Shown: positions 12,810 through 25,059 of the stretch, piece after piece
Position numbering within the stretch: position 1 is the stretch's first letter
How the letters are laid out: every line of letters begins with the position of its first letter
Source of the DNA: Squalus acanthias
Lineage: Eukaryota
Assembly (NCBI GenBank): GCA_030390025.1
Contig: CM059432.1
Span: forward strand, 117,306,001 to 117,370,000
DNA length: 64,000 nt
Reading direction: 5' to 3'
Program-made: the position numbers and the translations under genes
Notes under the pieces: model-generated
Database searches by the model: none
What the model saw: only the letters and a program-made list of their open reading frames with translations
What the model was told of the DNA's origin: nothing

Positions 12810-13740
12810 GTACTCTGGGTGAGGGATTCCAATTGGTATCACCAAGAGTGGCTCGGTAGCACCACCACTGACCGAGCTGGCTGAGTCCTGATACATAGCT
12901 GCCACACTGGGCATGTGGGAAGTGTGTGAGAACCAATATGAGCGTATAACCTACTGGACCTTATCCTCACCAATCTACCTGTCACAGACATGTCTGTTCA
13001 TGAGCACTGTACAGTCCTTGTGGCGACCATGTCCTGTCCATCGTGTGGCACTACCACCGAGCGAACTGGGATAGATTAAGAGCAGATCTAGCAGCCCAAA
13101 ACTGGATATCCATGACATGTATTGGGCCATCAGCAGCAGCAGAATTGTATATCCCTGCAATCTGTAATCTCATGGCCCAATATATCCCTCACTCACCTAT
13201 CACTTCCTTCATGACCAACCCTGGTTCAATGAAGAGTGGAGAAGAGCATGGCTGGAGCAGCACCAGGTGTACCTGAAAATGAGGTGCTAACCTGGTGAAG
13301 CTACAACAGCACTACCTGAATGTTAAACAGAAAAGGCATCATGCTATAGACAGAGCGAAGTGATCCCACACTCAATGGATCAGATCAAAGCTCTGCAGTC
13401 CTGCCACATCCAGTCATAAATGTGGTGAACAATTAATCATCTAATAGGAGGAGAAGGCTCCAAGAACATCACTGTCCTTTATGATGGCAGAGGCCAGCAC
13501 GGGAGTGCAAAAGTCGAGGCTTGTTAGCAACCATCTTCAGCTAGAAGTGCTGAGTAGATAATCCTTCTCGGTCTCCTCCTGAGGTCTCTCCATCACAGAT
13601 ACCTGTCTTCAGGCAATTCGATTCACTCCACATGACATCAAGAAATGACTGAGTGCACTGGATGCCGGAAAGGCTACAGTCCCCAACAACTGGCTGTAAT
13701 GCTGAAGATGTCTACTCCAGAATTAGCTGTGCCCCTAGTC
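12810..13740 (+). mobile_element. LINE family B (CR1 superfamily, clade uncertain), endonuclease/linker fragment
   Basis: Degenerate HQEWLGSTTTDRAG and WHYHRANWDRLRADLAAQNW (13043..13276), and the KAT.P...AVMLK...PELAVPL pre-RT region. Confidence 0.65.
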
Positions 13741-14220
13741 AACAACAACAACTTTCATTTATATAGCGTCTTTAATGTAGTAAAACGTCCCAAGTCACGT
13801 CACAGGAGCAGTTATCAAACAGAATTTGACACCAAGCCACATAATGAGATATTAGGATAAGTGACCAAAAGCTTGGTCAAAGAGGTAGTTTATAAGGAGC
13901 GTCTTAAAGGAGGAGAAAGAGGGAGAGAGCAATGTCCCCGTAATTTTTTTTTTGGGTGCACGGCCCCTTTAAGGGGCTGCGCTGACCATTCAAATTGCCG
14001 CGCATGCGCCATTTTTGACGTTAGAACGCCATGCATCCGGCTGCGCGACCATGTGGCCATGCAGCTAAATGGGAACGTTGGTAGAGAGGTGAAGAGGTTT
14101 AGGGAGGGAGTTCCAGAGTTTAGGGCTTAGGCTGCTGAAGGCTTGGTCACCAATGGTAGCGTGAAGAAAATCAGAGATAGGGAGGGGCAAGGCCATGGAG
14201 GAATTTGAAAACAGGAATTC
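13741..14220 (-). mobile_element. L2 LINE 3' end
   Basis: (CAA)n plus CATTTATATAGCGTCTTT tail; ORF 14065..14274 contains TIGDQAFSSLSPKLWNSLPKPL, the L2 ORF2 C-terminus. Confidence 0.8.
13930..14080. mobile_element. 151-bp hAT-like MITE inside L2
   Basis: Termini CAATGTCCCC / GGGAACGTTG are an imperfect inverted pair; 8-bp flanks GGAGAGAG / GTAGAGAG match 7/8. Confidence 0.7.
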
Positions 14221-14554
14221 TCTACCATGTAATGCACAATGAATTATTCTGCTGCTGAGTGGAGTTGTGTCCATTACTGTCCATAAGTTCTAGTTGCTGC
14301 AAATAGGTATGAGATCAGGTGAATTACAGTTTAATTCCTCTTACGCACTTCCTGAGAGCAGTGGGCATTGGTTTTCTGTAGATTAGAAGGTGGTTATGAA
14401 TCCCTAACTTACTCCCAGGGTCAGAAAATTGTGCAGGATGTGTCCTCTCTTTTTTCTCTTAAATATTTTAAGAAAGTGTGATACATTGAAAAGTGATGAA
14501 CGTCAAACTTTTGTATTTTTTTATTCATTCTTGGGTGTGGGCGCCACTGCCAAG

Positions 14555-15040
14555 AGGCATAAGAGAATGTTAGCTAAAATTAAAGCTCATGGAACTGAAG
14601 GCAAATTATTATTCTGGTTAGGAGATTAGTGAGGGGTTAGAAAACAGAGAGCAGGGATAATGGGTGTGTACTCGAATTGGAAGAAGTGACTAGTGATGTC
14701 CCCCAGGGATCCGTGTTGGGGCCTCAACTATTCACTATCTTTATTAACGACTTGGATAACACAATAGGGAGCCATATATCCAAGTTTGCTGATGACACAA
14801 AGATTGGTGGCATAGTAAGTAGTGTAGACAGGAGCATAAAATTACAAAGAGACATTGATAGATTAAGTGAGTGGGCGAAACTGTGCCAGATGGATTTCAA
14901 CGCAGGTAAGTGGGAGGTCATCCATTTTGGATAAAAAAAGGATAGATCCGAGTATTATTTAAATGGTGAAAAGCTAGGAACAGTGGAGGTCAAAAGAGAT
15001 TTAGGGGTCTGTGTACACAGATCACTAAAATGTAGTAGCT
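14555..15040 (+). mobile_element. CR1 LINE RT fragment
   Basis: ORF 14677..14934: [21 protein letters not shown]...SKFADDTKIG. Confidence 0.85.
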
Positions 15041-15707
15041 GCCTAGATCCATTACAGTTAATGTGCTCGAAATAAAGTTAACATATTCTTGCTGCTCAAT
15101 TTCAATTGATAACAGAGAGGAAGACAATTGCCAGCACATGTTCTTAGTTCATGAAAAATAAATGATAAAAGTTCGCTCTGAGATTATCACCTGAAATCAG
15201 CAGGTTTAGAAGAAATGCATTTGACTGATTTAGATAACGCAGAACTTCAGGTAATAATGTGTAGCAGCGGGGAAAAGTAAACTGCTGCCAGACATGCGGT
15301 AGACTTCAGAAAACATGGAGCAATTCAGAGATATGGTAGAAGAACTGTTGATAGGTATGACGGATGCTTGGATTAGACATAATTAGCAACAAATAAAAAT
15401 GGCAAATTCCTCGTGTGTTCACTAGATTATTGCAATTTGATCATTCAGTCGGACTGGGAATAATTGACGGATATCGTAATTTATTGTAACAAAGAAGCGG
15501 TACCTGGCTGAAGAGGCAATTCTATGAATGAAATGCTACAATGGTGCAGGAAAACATGCCATAGAAACTTTATTTCCTCTTAGCTATACTGCAGAAAACA
15601 GGTGATATAATATACATGACTCCTCCTCTAAACTACTGAGCACACATTTAACAAAACAATAATTCTGATCATTCTATTTTGGACCACTAGATCATAGTTC
15701 TGGTTGA

Positions 15708-16010
15708 AATAAAACCAGAAAATGCTGGAAATAGTCAGCAGGTCAGGCAGCATCTGTGGAGAGAGAAACAGAGTTAACGTTTCAGGTCCATGACCCTTCG
15801 TCAGAACTGGAAAAAGTTAGAGTTGTAGCAGGTTTTAAGCAAGTGCAGAGGCAGGGATGGAGGGAAGGGGAGGAAAGAACACAAGGGAAGGTCTGTGATA
15901 GGATGGAAGGCAAGAGAGATTAGAAGACAAAAGGGATGATGGTGCAAGGCAAAAGGAGATAGTAATGGGACAAGTTAAGAAACAAAAGATGACTCTAGAT
16001 GAAGTGTAAG
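15708..16010 (-). mobile_element. Penelope-like element 3' (pLTR) fragment
   Basis: Homologous to 38563-38929. A 13-bp TSD (TAGTTCTGGTTGA 15695-15707 / TAGTTTTGGTTGA 16011-16023) flanks it. Contains a hammerhead core. Confidence 0.75.
15772..15808 (-). ncRNA. Minimal type I hammerhead ribozyme motif
   Basis: Minus strand reads AGTT-CTGACGA-A-GGGTC atg GACCT-GAAAC-GTT-AACT: catalytic core, stem II, palindromic stem III and a 4-bp stem I. Confidence 0.7.
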
Positions 16011-16456
16011 TAGTTTTGGTTGATTCTGAAATCTCTTGCCCCCTCTTTTCTCAGATCTCAAATTGAAATCCTCCATTTCCTTCATTGCTTGCGTTGCCTC
16101 CAAGAAGCTTGGTTTCTTCTTTCCTCCCAAACAGCTCTTAAAACCTCTATAAAGCCAAATTCCATTGAAGTCTTGACTTCTGCTCCCATATCTAGGAATT
16201 TGTTCCTAACATTTCTCTCACACTCCTTGATAGGACATAAGAAAATGTGAGCAATCTGGAACTCCTTATCTCACCCAATCTTCCCTTACTCCTACAATCT
16301 ACAGACTTTTAAAACTCAAGCTTGGCATCATCTTAATCACTCCTTGATTTATTTTATCTTCTTTCCTGCTCTTTTCAACTTTGATAGTGCCCTGTATTAT
16401 GGGCCTTCACCCTTCAGCTAAATTTCTTAATTAAAAAAAAACACATTTTAAGGAGT

Positions 16457-16631
16457 AAAAACAGAAAATGCTGGAAATACTCAGCAGGTCAGGCAGCATC
16501 TGTGGAGAGAGAAACAGAGTTAACGTTTCAGGTCGATGACCCTTCGTCAGATGCTGCCTCACCTGCTGAGTATTTCCAGCATTTTCTGTTTTTATTTCAG
16601 ATTTCCAGCATCCGCAGTATTTTGCTTTTGT
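16457..16631. mobile_element. 175-bp fold-back mini-element derived from Penelope-like termini
   Basis: Inverted arms of about 46 bp (16457-16502 / 16548-16593) and a perfect 14-bp TSD ACATTTTAAGGAGT (16443-16456 / 16632-16645). Confidence 0.85.
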
Positions 16632-17202
16632 ACATTTTAAGGAGTGGTTGCCTCAATTATAGGTACAGGTGAGGCACGTTTCAGGATCCTCTCCCTTCTA
16701 TATGGCCCAAAGGTAAGATTTATTCACCAGTGTGATCACTGGTGGAAGTGTGTCACGCCAGAACTAATGCCTGCCCAACTGATCAATGATTACCAAAAAT
16801 TTTCTGCGGTTAGCCTTATTTAACTATTTTCGTCAGACTCCTGGTGTAAGTAATGCCCAGCATTGCTGAGGCAGTAATGACAGAAAATGTAATGAAGGAT
16901 GTCACGCTGGCATTGGTGTCTGATTTGAATATGAAGAAATGCCGCTGGAAATCACTACGCATGTTAAAATGGACAAGGTTCTGTTGTGACAGATCCCAGC
17001 ACAATTCCCCACCTTTACTCGCCCTGTCGCTGCCACTAAACCAGTGAATATCAGAGCAAAATCTGTCCCAAGTTTCTCTTTAATTTAATTGGTTCAATAA
17101 AAAGTAGTTAAGTTAAGTATAAATGATGTCTATTAGAATTTCCCCGGTTATAATTACATTTTGGGATAGGTTCTCTGAGTCCTTGCACACCGTGATTGCC
17201 CA

Positions 17203-18335
17203 TCAAGGAGCCCCAGTAGAATTAAAGTCAATGGGAATCAGAGGGAAAATTCTTGACTGGCTGGAGTCCTACCTAACATAAAGGAAGATGGTTGTGGTTG
17301 TTGGATGCCAATCATCTCAGCCCCAGGACAGCGCAGCAGGAGTTCCTCAGGGCAGTGTCCTAGGCCCGACCATCTTCAGCTGCTTCATCAATGGCCTTCC
17401 CTCCATCATAAGGTCAGAAATGGGGATGTTTGCTGATGATTGCACTGTGTTCAGTTCTATTCACAACTCCTCAGATAATGAAGCAGTCCATGCCCACATG
17501 CAGCAAGACCAGGACAACATTCAAGCTTGGGCTAATAAGTGGCAAGTAACATTCATGCCACACAAGTGCCAGGCAATGACCATCTCCAACAAGGGAGAGC
17601 CTAACCACCTTCCCTTGACATTCAATGGCATTACCATAGTCAAATCCCCCAACATCAACATCCTGGGGGTCACCATTGACCAGAAACTTAACTGGACCAG
17701 CCACATAAATACTGTGGCAACAAGAGGAGGTCAGAGGCTAGGTATTCTGCAGTGAGCGATTCACTTCCTAACTCCCCAAAGCTTTTCCACCATCTACAAT
17801 GCACAAGTAAGGAGTATGATGGAATACTCTCCACTTGCCTGGATGAGTGCGACTCCAACAACACTCAATAAGCTTGACACCATTCAGGATAAAGCAGCCC
17901 GCTTGATTGGCACCCCATCCACCATCTTAAACACTCACTCCCTCCACCACCGGCGTACCCCGGCTGCAGTGTGCACCATCTACAAGATGCACTGCAGCAA
18001 CTCGCCAAAGCTTCTTCAACAGCACCTCCCAAACCCGCAACCTCTACCACCTAGAAGGACAAGGGCAGCAGGCACATGGGAACACCACCACCTCCAAGTT
18101 CCCCTCCAAGTCACACACCATCTTGACTTGGAAGTATATCGCCATTCCTTCATCGTCGCTAGGTCAAAATCCTGGAACTCCCTCCCTAACAGCACTGTGG
18201 GAGCACCTTCACCACACGGACTGCAGCAGTTCAAGAAGGCAGCTCACCAGCACCTTCTCAAGGGCAATTAGGGATGGGCAATAAATGCTGGCCTCGCCAG
18301 CGATGCCCACATCCCAGGAATGAATAAAAATAAAG
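17203..18335 (+). mobile_element. LINE family B, RT and 3' end
   Basis: ORFs 17288..17755 ([25 protein letters not shown]) and 17816..18271; tail GGCAATAAATGCTGGCC...GAATGAATAAAAA. Confidence 0.9.
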
Positions 18336-18924
18336 AATGTGAGACCTGGCCTATTTTTGAAGGAGCACTGCCTTGATCAAAATTTGTTTGAGAAACCTTT
18401 TAAAGAATGTTTTTGTACAAGCACAAGACACATTAAAATTTGTTACAGTTTCACTCACATGTGACATCATAATAGCAACAAATACTATAGCTAGTTTCTA
18501 TTACTTTCTAAGTTAAGAAAGGTTTAACAAATATGTTTTAATGAGGTTTGTCAGATTTCAAGAACTACTTTTTTATCTATCATAAACACAGTAAGTATAC
18601 AATTTGCCATTGCCAACAGGGGCAGATGTTGATGAGAATGATGAATCTTCATCAGGAGTTGCATGAATGTGGAAAGAAATGTTTAGGATTCTTGCACATA
18701 GGAACTACTCAGAGAAGATACATTAAGATGTCAGATGGAGCTTGCAAAACCAAAAATGAATGGTTAGAAGAATATATAAATATTTTCCACAACATTGGAA
18801 CCTCCATTATCCACTTTGATGCCCTCCACCCTTGTGAAAAACAGAAATGGGCAGATATAAAGGCCACAAATTTTGTTTTTACATGTATGATACAGCAACA
18901 CCCTATGCATGTGAACAAAGATCA

Positions 18925-19200
18925 TAGGTACATAGAGGTACACAGCGTATACAGCACAGAAACAGGCCATTCGGCTCAACTGGTCTATGCTGGTGTTTAT
19001 GCTTCACACGAGCCTCCTCCCACCACTCTTCATCTAACCTTATCAGCATATCCCTCTATTCCTTTTTCCCTCATGCGCTTATCTAGCTTCCCCTGAAATG
19101 TATCTATGCTATTTGCCTCAACTACTCCCTGTGGTAGGGATCTCCACATGCTAGCCACTCTCTGGGTCAAGAGGTTTTCTTGAATTCCCTATTGGATCAG
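18925..19200 (-). mobile_element. CR1 LINE 3' fragment
   Basis: ACAGCACAGAAACAGGCCATTCGG tail and a degenerate ORF2 end; same subfamily as 39140-39275. Confidence 0.7.
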
Positions 19201-20711
19201 TACAATACAAATTACTAAAAATATTGGGGATAATAATGCATTCGATAGCAGGCCATCAGACCTCTTTGCAGGAGGAGTCCCTGTCTAGATGAACCTGAAG
19301 AAATTAAGAAAAAACTTTACATTGCAAAGTTACATTATAAAGCACAATCACCTCCTAAGCAAACTGAAAATATAGGCAAACAAAGAGCTTTGCAGTGCAC
19401 CTTTCCCATAGAATTTGGAAGTGAAAACACTGCATGCAGTTGAACCTCAATTATCTGGACTCCTACTACCTGCTATCCCAAATATCCATTAGAATTTTTG
19501 CAGGGCAAAGCCTTGTGAGAGACATGACCTCATTGTACATCTTGCTCCTTTACTTGTATTTCATCTTTTCTTGGTGAATAAAACTACAAATTGGGGCAAA
19601 TAATGCGGTCCTGACACATCACTGTCAGTGCCGCTACTTGATGTGTTTTGAGATGCAGAATCTTGTGCTATTATCCGATGTGGAAGCCTGAGGCCTACCT
19701 GCAGCTTGTTCAAAACTCAGTTGTCAGTATCTTGTTCTCCTTGGTGCAAGAGGTGACTACAAAAAGGGAAAGAATCAGGATAGCACGAGGTAGGTTGAAA
19801 AATGGGTTTCAAGAATGTCTTAATGGTACGGAGAAAAGTGGAGAAGCAGAAGGGTTTAGAGAGGGTGTTCCAGAGAGTAGGGCTGAGACAGTTGATGGGA
19901 AGGGTGGATCAGCAAAAGGTTAAAGTTGGAGGACTGAAAGATGTAGGAGGGGATGTAAGGCTTGAGAAGGTTGCAGTGTTATGGTGGAGCAAGGCCATGA
20001 AGTCATTTGAAAATAAAGACAAGGATTTTAGATTCCACACAATAGGGAGAGGGAACCAATTTGGATAAGCATAGGCAAGAATAACTTAGTAAAGGATAGG
20101 ATATGGATGGCTGTGATGTGAATTTATGGAGAGTGGAGGCTGGCAAGGAAGACATTGGAGAACTCAAGGCTGGAGTTGGCAAAAGATGTAGATAAGGGTT
20201 TTAGTGATAGTGGGGCTGAGATAGGGCAGAGGATGGAAATATTGCAGAGGTGGAATTAAGTGGTCTTGGTGAAGGCTAGGCTTTGTGTTGAACAGGATTG
20301 CAAAGTTCTGCATGATATGGTTTAGCCTGAGCAAGTGGCAGGAGAGGGGTAGGGCATTCATGGTTAGGAGTGGAGTTCATGGCGGCTGCCATAAACAATG
20401 GCTTTGGTCTTCCTGAAGCCCATTCTGGAGGAAATTGTGAATCATCCATGACTTGTTGTCAGAAAGGCAGTTTGGTAGCTGTGGGTACAAAGGAAGAGGT
20501 AGAGTCAGAGCTGGAAGTGGTTACCATGGGCCAGAAATTCGGGTCGGAGGCTTCCCGCAGGTACAAGCCCCCAACCTGCACTTACCTAGTGCGCCTGCCA
20601 TTGTGCACTGGGCCCGCTTGGAATTCCGATCCTGGGCCACCTCCAGCTGCCAGTGTGCAGTGCTTGCATATCACAGGGGTGCAGTTAGTTCGAAGCGTCC
20701 CCTGGGATCAC

Positions 20712-22062
20712 TGTAAGGTTTCCAAAATTTACTGATCCCCAAAACCTAAGGAAAAAGGACTTTGGAAATACCTCAGAGTGATAAAAATGCATTTGGGCCT
20801 AACATAAGGAATTTAAGACCAAAAACCAAGTTTTGGCATTTTAAAAACATGTCTGGGCCTGTAATGGGACAAGGAGGTGAGTGCGACCTCTGTAAAAGCA
20901 GTTTGGCTATTGCAGTTAATTACACTGTCTGGGGAACCGTGATGACCTCACTCAAGCCCCAGTAGACATTAACATTTGAACAATAGACCCAGGGAAAAGA
21001 CAGTCCCACTCAAAAGACAGGCCCCATCAAAACCGATTACAGGGCCCATCAGAAACATGCATAATACAAATCACTCAGACCCATTCTATAGAAAGACCAA
21101 GACCAGCCAAGAAAACCAAACACAAAACCAATCAACTGTAATCAACCAAGGAGATCGACAGGACGCAAGCCATCCCAAAAGCCATTTGTCACTTAGTAAA
21201 GTCGTTACCGTTAACGAGCCCTCCAAAATCTTACAATGCACAGATAAGGAAGTTTCAATTAGTATAATTGAAAGGCTGTTTTCTCAAGAAGTGAGTTCAG
21301 CAGTTACAACAGTTCAAGTTCGAGTTCTCCAGTAGAGTTCCACAGCAGCAAGGAATTCAGCAAGCAGTTAAACAAGAAGCTGTTCAGGGAGTTCAGCAAG
21401 AAGCTGTTGAAGGGAGTTCAACAAGTTAAGGAGTTCAGCAGTTCTCAGGAGTTTGAGTTACACGGCAGTTCAAGGAGACAAGCAGTTCAAGAGTTACACA
21501 GCAGCAGGGAGTTCAGCAAGCAGTTCTGCAGAAGGCAGTTCCACAGTTCTGCAAGAAGTCAATTCCACAGCTCTGAAGAGGACAGTTCAACAAAGAAGGC
21601 CAACAGCTCCAGAAGCAGGCTGACATGCAAAAAGAAACCAGAGCAACAGTTACAGTGACCTTCAGACACCTCGCAGCAACAAGGGCCTTACGAAACCTTT
21701 TACTCAAAAGACTCTAAACCCTAACTCTCAACTGTCAAGGATTCGTTTGGTGAGCATTATCCCTGGTCCTCCAGAGTCCAACCTAGCTAGTGAAGTGGGA
21801 TTGGGAGGGGTGAAGTATTCTCCTAATGTTATTTCCCTCGCTTGTACCGAAGTGTTTCCCCACTTTTAGAGTGTTAAGAGTGTTTGTGTTGTGTTTTTAC
21901 TTTCTTGAATAAAGATCAAGGTTCTTGCATCAAAACCAGTTGTCTGCTGCACTTTTTATCACAACCCCCAAATAAGTCCAAGGTCTAGAACCAAGGGAGT
22001 GGGAGCGATTCGAACTGCTCAGAAGTCAGAGGTGAAGCTGACACAAACCACCACCCCCTACA
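20712..22062 (+). mobile_element. Solo LTR (1351 bp)
   Basis: TGTAAGG...CCCTACA termini; AATAAA at 21908; CAC duplicated at the flanks; absent from the sister MITE copy; internal CAGCAAG/AGTTC repeat array. Confidence 0.8.
21290..21610. repeat. Degenerate short tandem array (AGTTCAGCAAG-like) within the solo LTR
   Basis: Recurrent GTTCAGCAAG / CAGTTC / GGGAGTTCA units. Confidence 0.75.
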
Positions 22063-25059
22063 CACGTGGGCCATGGAGAGCCAATCAGAGCAGGGAATCT
22101 CCATTCATAGATTTGACAGGAAGACCTGTCAAATCTATGAATAGAGATCGGCCCCAAAACCTCACTAAAACTTCAAATATTTTTTTTTTTAAATCACATT
22201 TTTAAAATAACTATAAATTACACAAAATAACTATTTTAAATAATAATTTAAATTTTTGAAAAAATTAATTACAGTTTTTAACAGGGCTAAAAATAAACTT
22301 ACCTTTCTTTAAAGTATTTAAAAATAATAAACATGTGGAAAAAATGTTTTAATTTTAGTTAATTCACCACTTACCTTGTTAAAAGTAGGCCTTGCACCTA
22401 CTTTTTCCCCACGCAGCTGCTGGGGACTTACCCTCACACACAAACCCGAAAAAAAAACGGAAGTCCGATGCGTGCGCGCTGTCTCTCCGGTGCACGCGTT
22501 TGACCTCCGAACCCCTTCTTTCAAGGGAACGGAAGTTCCGGTTTCCAGCGCATGTGCAGTGCATGTGCGAAACCGGCACTTTCGTTGGGTCTACGGGTGA
22601 GTACACAGTGGAGACCCGAATTTCTGGAAGCTAACCCCATGCTTGTCGGTGATCACACTGATGGGCAGCAAGTAGATAAGGAAGAGAAAGGAGCCAAGGA
22701 TACATCCTTCGCAGAACCCTACAGATGATGATGCGGAGGCAGAAAGAGAAGCCATTGTTGGAGATGCAGTGGCAGTGTTTAGACAGGTAAGAGTGGAACC
22801 ATGTGAAAGCAGTCCCAAAGACCGGAGGTGATGGAGAAGGACAGTTTGGTCGGCTATATCAAATGGTATAAAGATGTTGAGGAGGCAAAGGGAAACAATG
22901 AACAGAGATCATTCATGATATGGCCAGGGCGGCCTCGGTGATGTGAGCAGCATAGAGGCTGTATTGAAAGGATTCACACAGGGAGTTTTGGGAGAGATGG
23001 AAGACAATAACTTGTTTTAGGACCTTAGAGAGGAAAGGAAGGTTGCAGGTGGTAGTTGGAGAGGATGGATGGATCGAAAATAAGCTTTTTGAGAAGGTCG
23101 ATGTTGGTTGTTTTGAAAGGGTGAGGAACAGTGCCTGATCAAAGAGAACCATGTACAATGGAGGCCAGGAGGGGCACTTGAGTGGTCAGGAGTTGAGTCG
23201 GGAAAGAATCAAGAGAGCAGGAGGTGGGTTTCATGCGAGAGGTGTGCTTCGAGAGGGCAAGGGAGGATAACAGCCAAACTACAAAGTGATGGGAAATCGA
23301 AGGTGGGTATGTGGAGACTGGGAGAATCAAGAGCAGCAGGGGCGAGAAGGCTTCTGCAAGGACAATCTCAATCTTAATGCTGCAGAAACTGAGGAGGAAT
23401 GGGTGGAGGGAGCAGGGGAAAAGAGTCAAGGAGAAAAGGAAATAGGGATTGTCTTACCGCATAATCCTGGGGTAGCTGGATGATTTGGCTGAGGAGAATG
23501 TAGTGACGAATGACTAATCCAGATATGCGCCAGGTGCACTTGAGTTTGTAGCCCTTGGCGTGAAGATTGGGCCTGTACAATGAGGTATGGCAGGAGTGAG
23601 AGATGAAGATAGAAAAATTGAGATACATCACGCATGTTTGCAGGGTCCAAAATGAGCGCCACAAATTCAAATTCAGTGCGACGTTCCCAGCTGGAAGAGC
23701 ACTGGAAAGATAGATGTCCACAGCAGCCACCTGCAACAGGCGCAGCATCACTTAAATATGATAATAAGTGTCCTGTGCCTGAGTCAAGGCCCTTTTGTTC
23801 AATTGGTGTCCGTGCGTGCCTGAAACGTCACTTCCTTAACCCGCCCAGCAAATCATGATGGGAACAGTCAGTAAGCAGCTTTCACAAGCGTTGTTTAAAG
23901 GGATCCTCACCTCCATTAAGATAAGTCTCTAGTTAGTCACTTTAGACTGCTAGGGTGCTTTTGTGCCAAGTTTTTGGCAGTTTTGGCAAGTGTTTGCCTG
24001 TTTAATATTTTTGCAGAGTCAGTTTGTGGAGGGCAAGCACTGTTTCGCAGAGATTTCTTGTTCTGAGTTGCTGAATGCTGCTGGGCTTACCCTTGAGGCT
24101 CCAAATCAGGAGGAGGAGCAGCAGCAACAAAGGCAGCAAAGCCCTGCTCAGGCTGCAAGAAGGAGGTGAAGGAGGCAAGGGCGCAAAGGCATTACTGTAA
24201 TTCTTCAAGAACTGATTGTCATACCTGGACCTCACTGAGGAGTAATGTGTAAAGCAACTGCATATCAACAAGGAGACATTTAATTACCTGGGCCACCTGT
24301 TGGAACGAGAATTGGAGCCCGACACCAGGGTATGCGCTGCACTGCCTGAGACAGTGAAGGTCACCTTGATTCTAGATTTTTATGCCTCTGGCTCCTTCCA
24401 AACTGCTTCTGGTGACCTCAGCAACAAGGTTGCTGTGCCCATCTGGCAGGTCATTGATGCACTGTTTACGAGGTGTCAGCATTTCACGACCTTCCCCATG
24501 GAAGCTGACAATCAGGGAGAAAGAGCAATGGGATTTGCCCACAGTACTGGATTCCCATTGGTTTAGGGTATCATAGACTGCGCTCGCATAGAGCTGAGAG
24601 TTTCCGCCTCAGAGACCAACTCTGCTTCTCAACGGGAGGGACTCCCATTCGCTCAATGTTCACCTTGTTTGTGACCACAGGCAGCGACTTATACAGGTTT
24701 GTTCCCGGTTTCCTGATACACTTTCACACTGCGCCAGTCTTCAATACCCTTTCTGTACCGCCCACACCATCAGGTGGCAGGCTGGCTGCTGGAGGATAAG
24801 GGCTAATCTCTCATCAAATGGCTCACCACTCCTGTTAGGAACCCGGGCACAACGCAAAGTGCCGATATAATGGGAGCCAGGCAACATCAAGGGTTCTGAT
24901 TGAGCAAACCATTGGCATCCTGAAACAACGATCCCACTGTCTGGACAGCTCGGGAGGAGTACTTCAGTAGAGCCCAGAGAGAGTCTCAAGATTCATTATT
25001 ACTTTCTGCATGCTCCATAAACTTGCTATACAAGTGGAAATTCTTGAGGAGGAAGAAGT

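Larger units (their letters stand above)
20528..22627. mobile_element. Harbinger-type MITE family M1, copy 1 (contains solo LTR)
   Basis: TIR GGGCCAGAAATTCGGGTC / GACCCGAATTTCTGG. Colinear with 47475-48207 once 20712-22062 is removed. Confidence 0.85.
19700..23450 (-). mobile_element. Old L2 LINE, split by a MITE/solo-LTR nest
   Basis: ORF 22591..22818 has GFCEGCILGSFLFLIYLLP..HGVSF; ORF 22913..23158 has NLPFLSKVLKQ...ESFQ. The sequence resumes left of 20527. Confidence 0.7.

Noticed and set aside
18548..19096. 182-aa ORF
   Set aside because: No recognisable domain, a non-ATG start, and it runs into an antisense CR1 tail.
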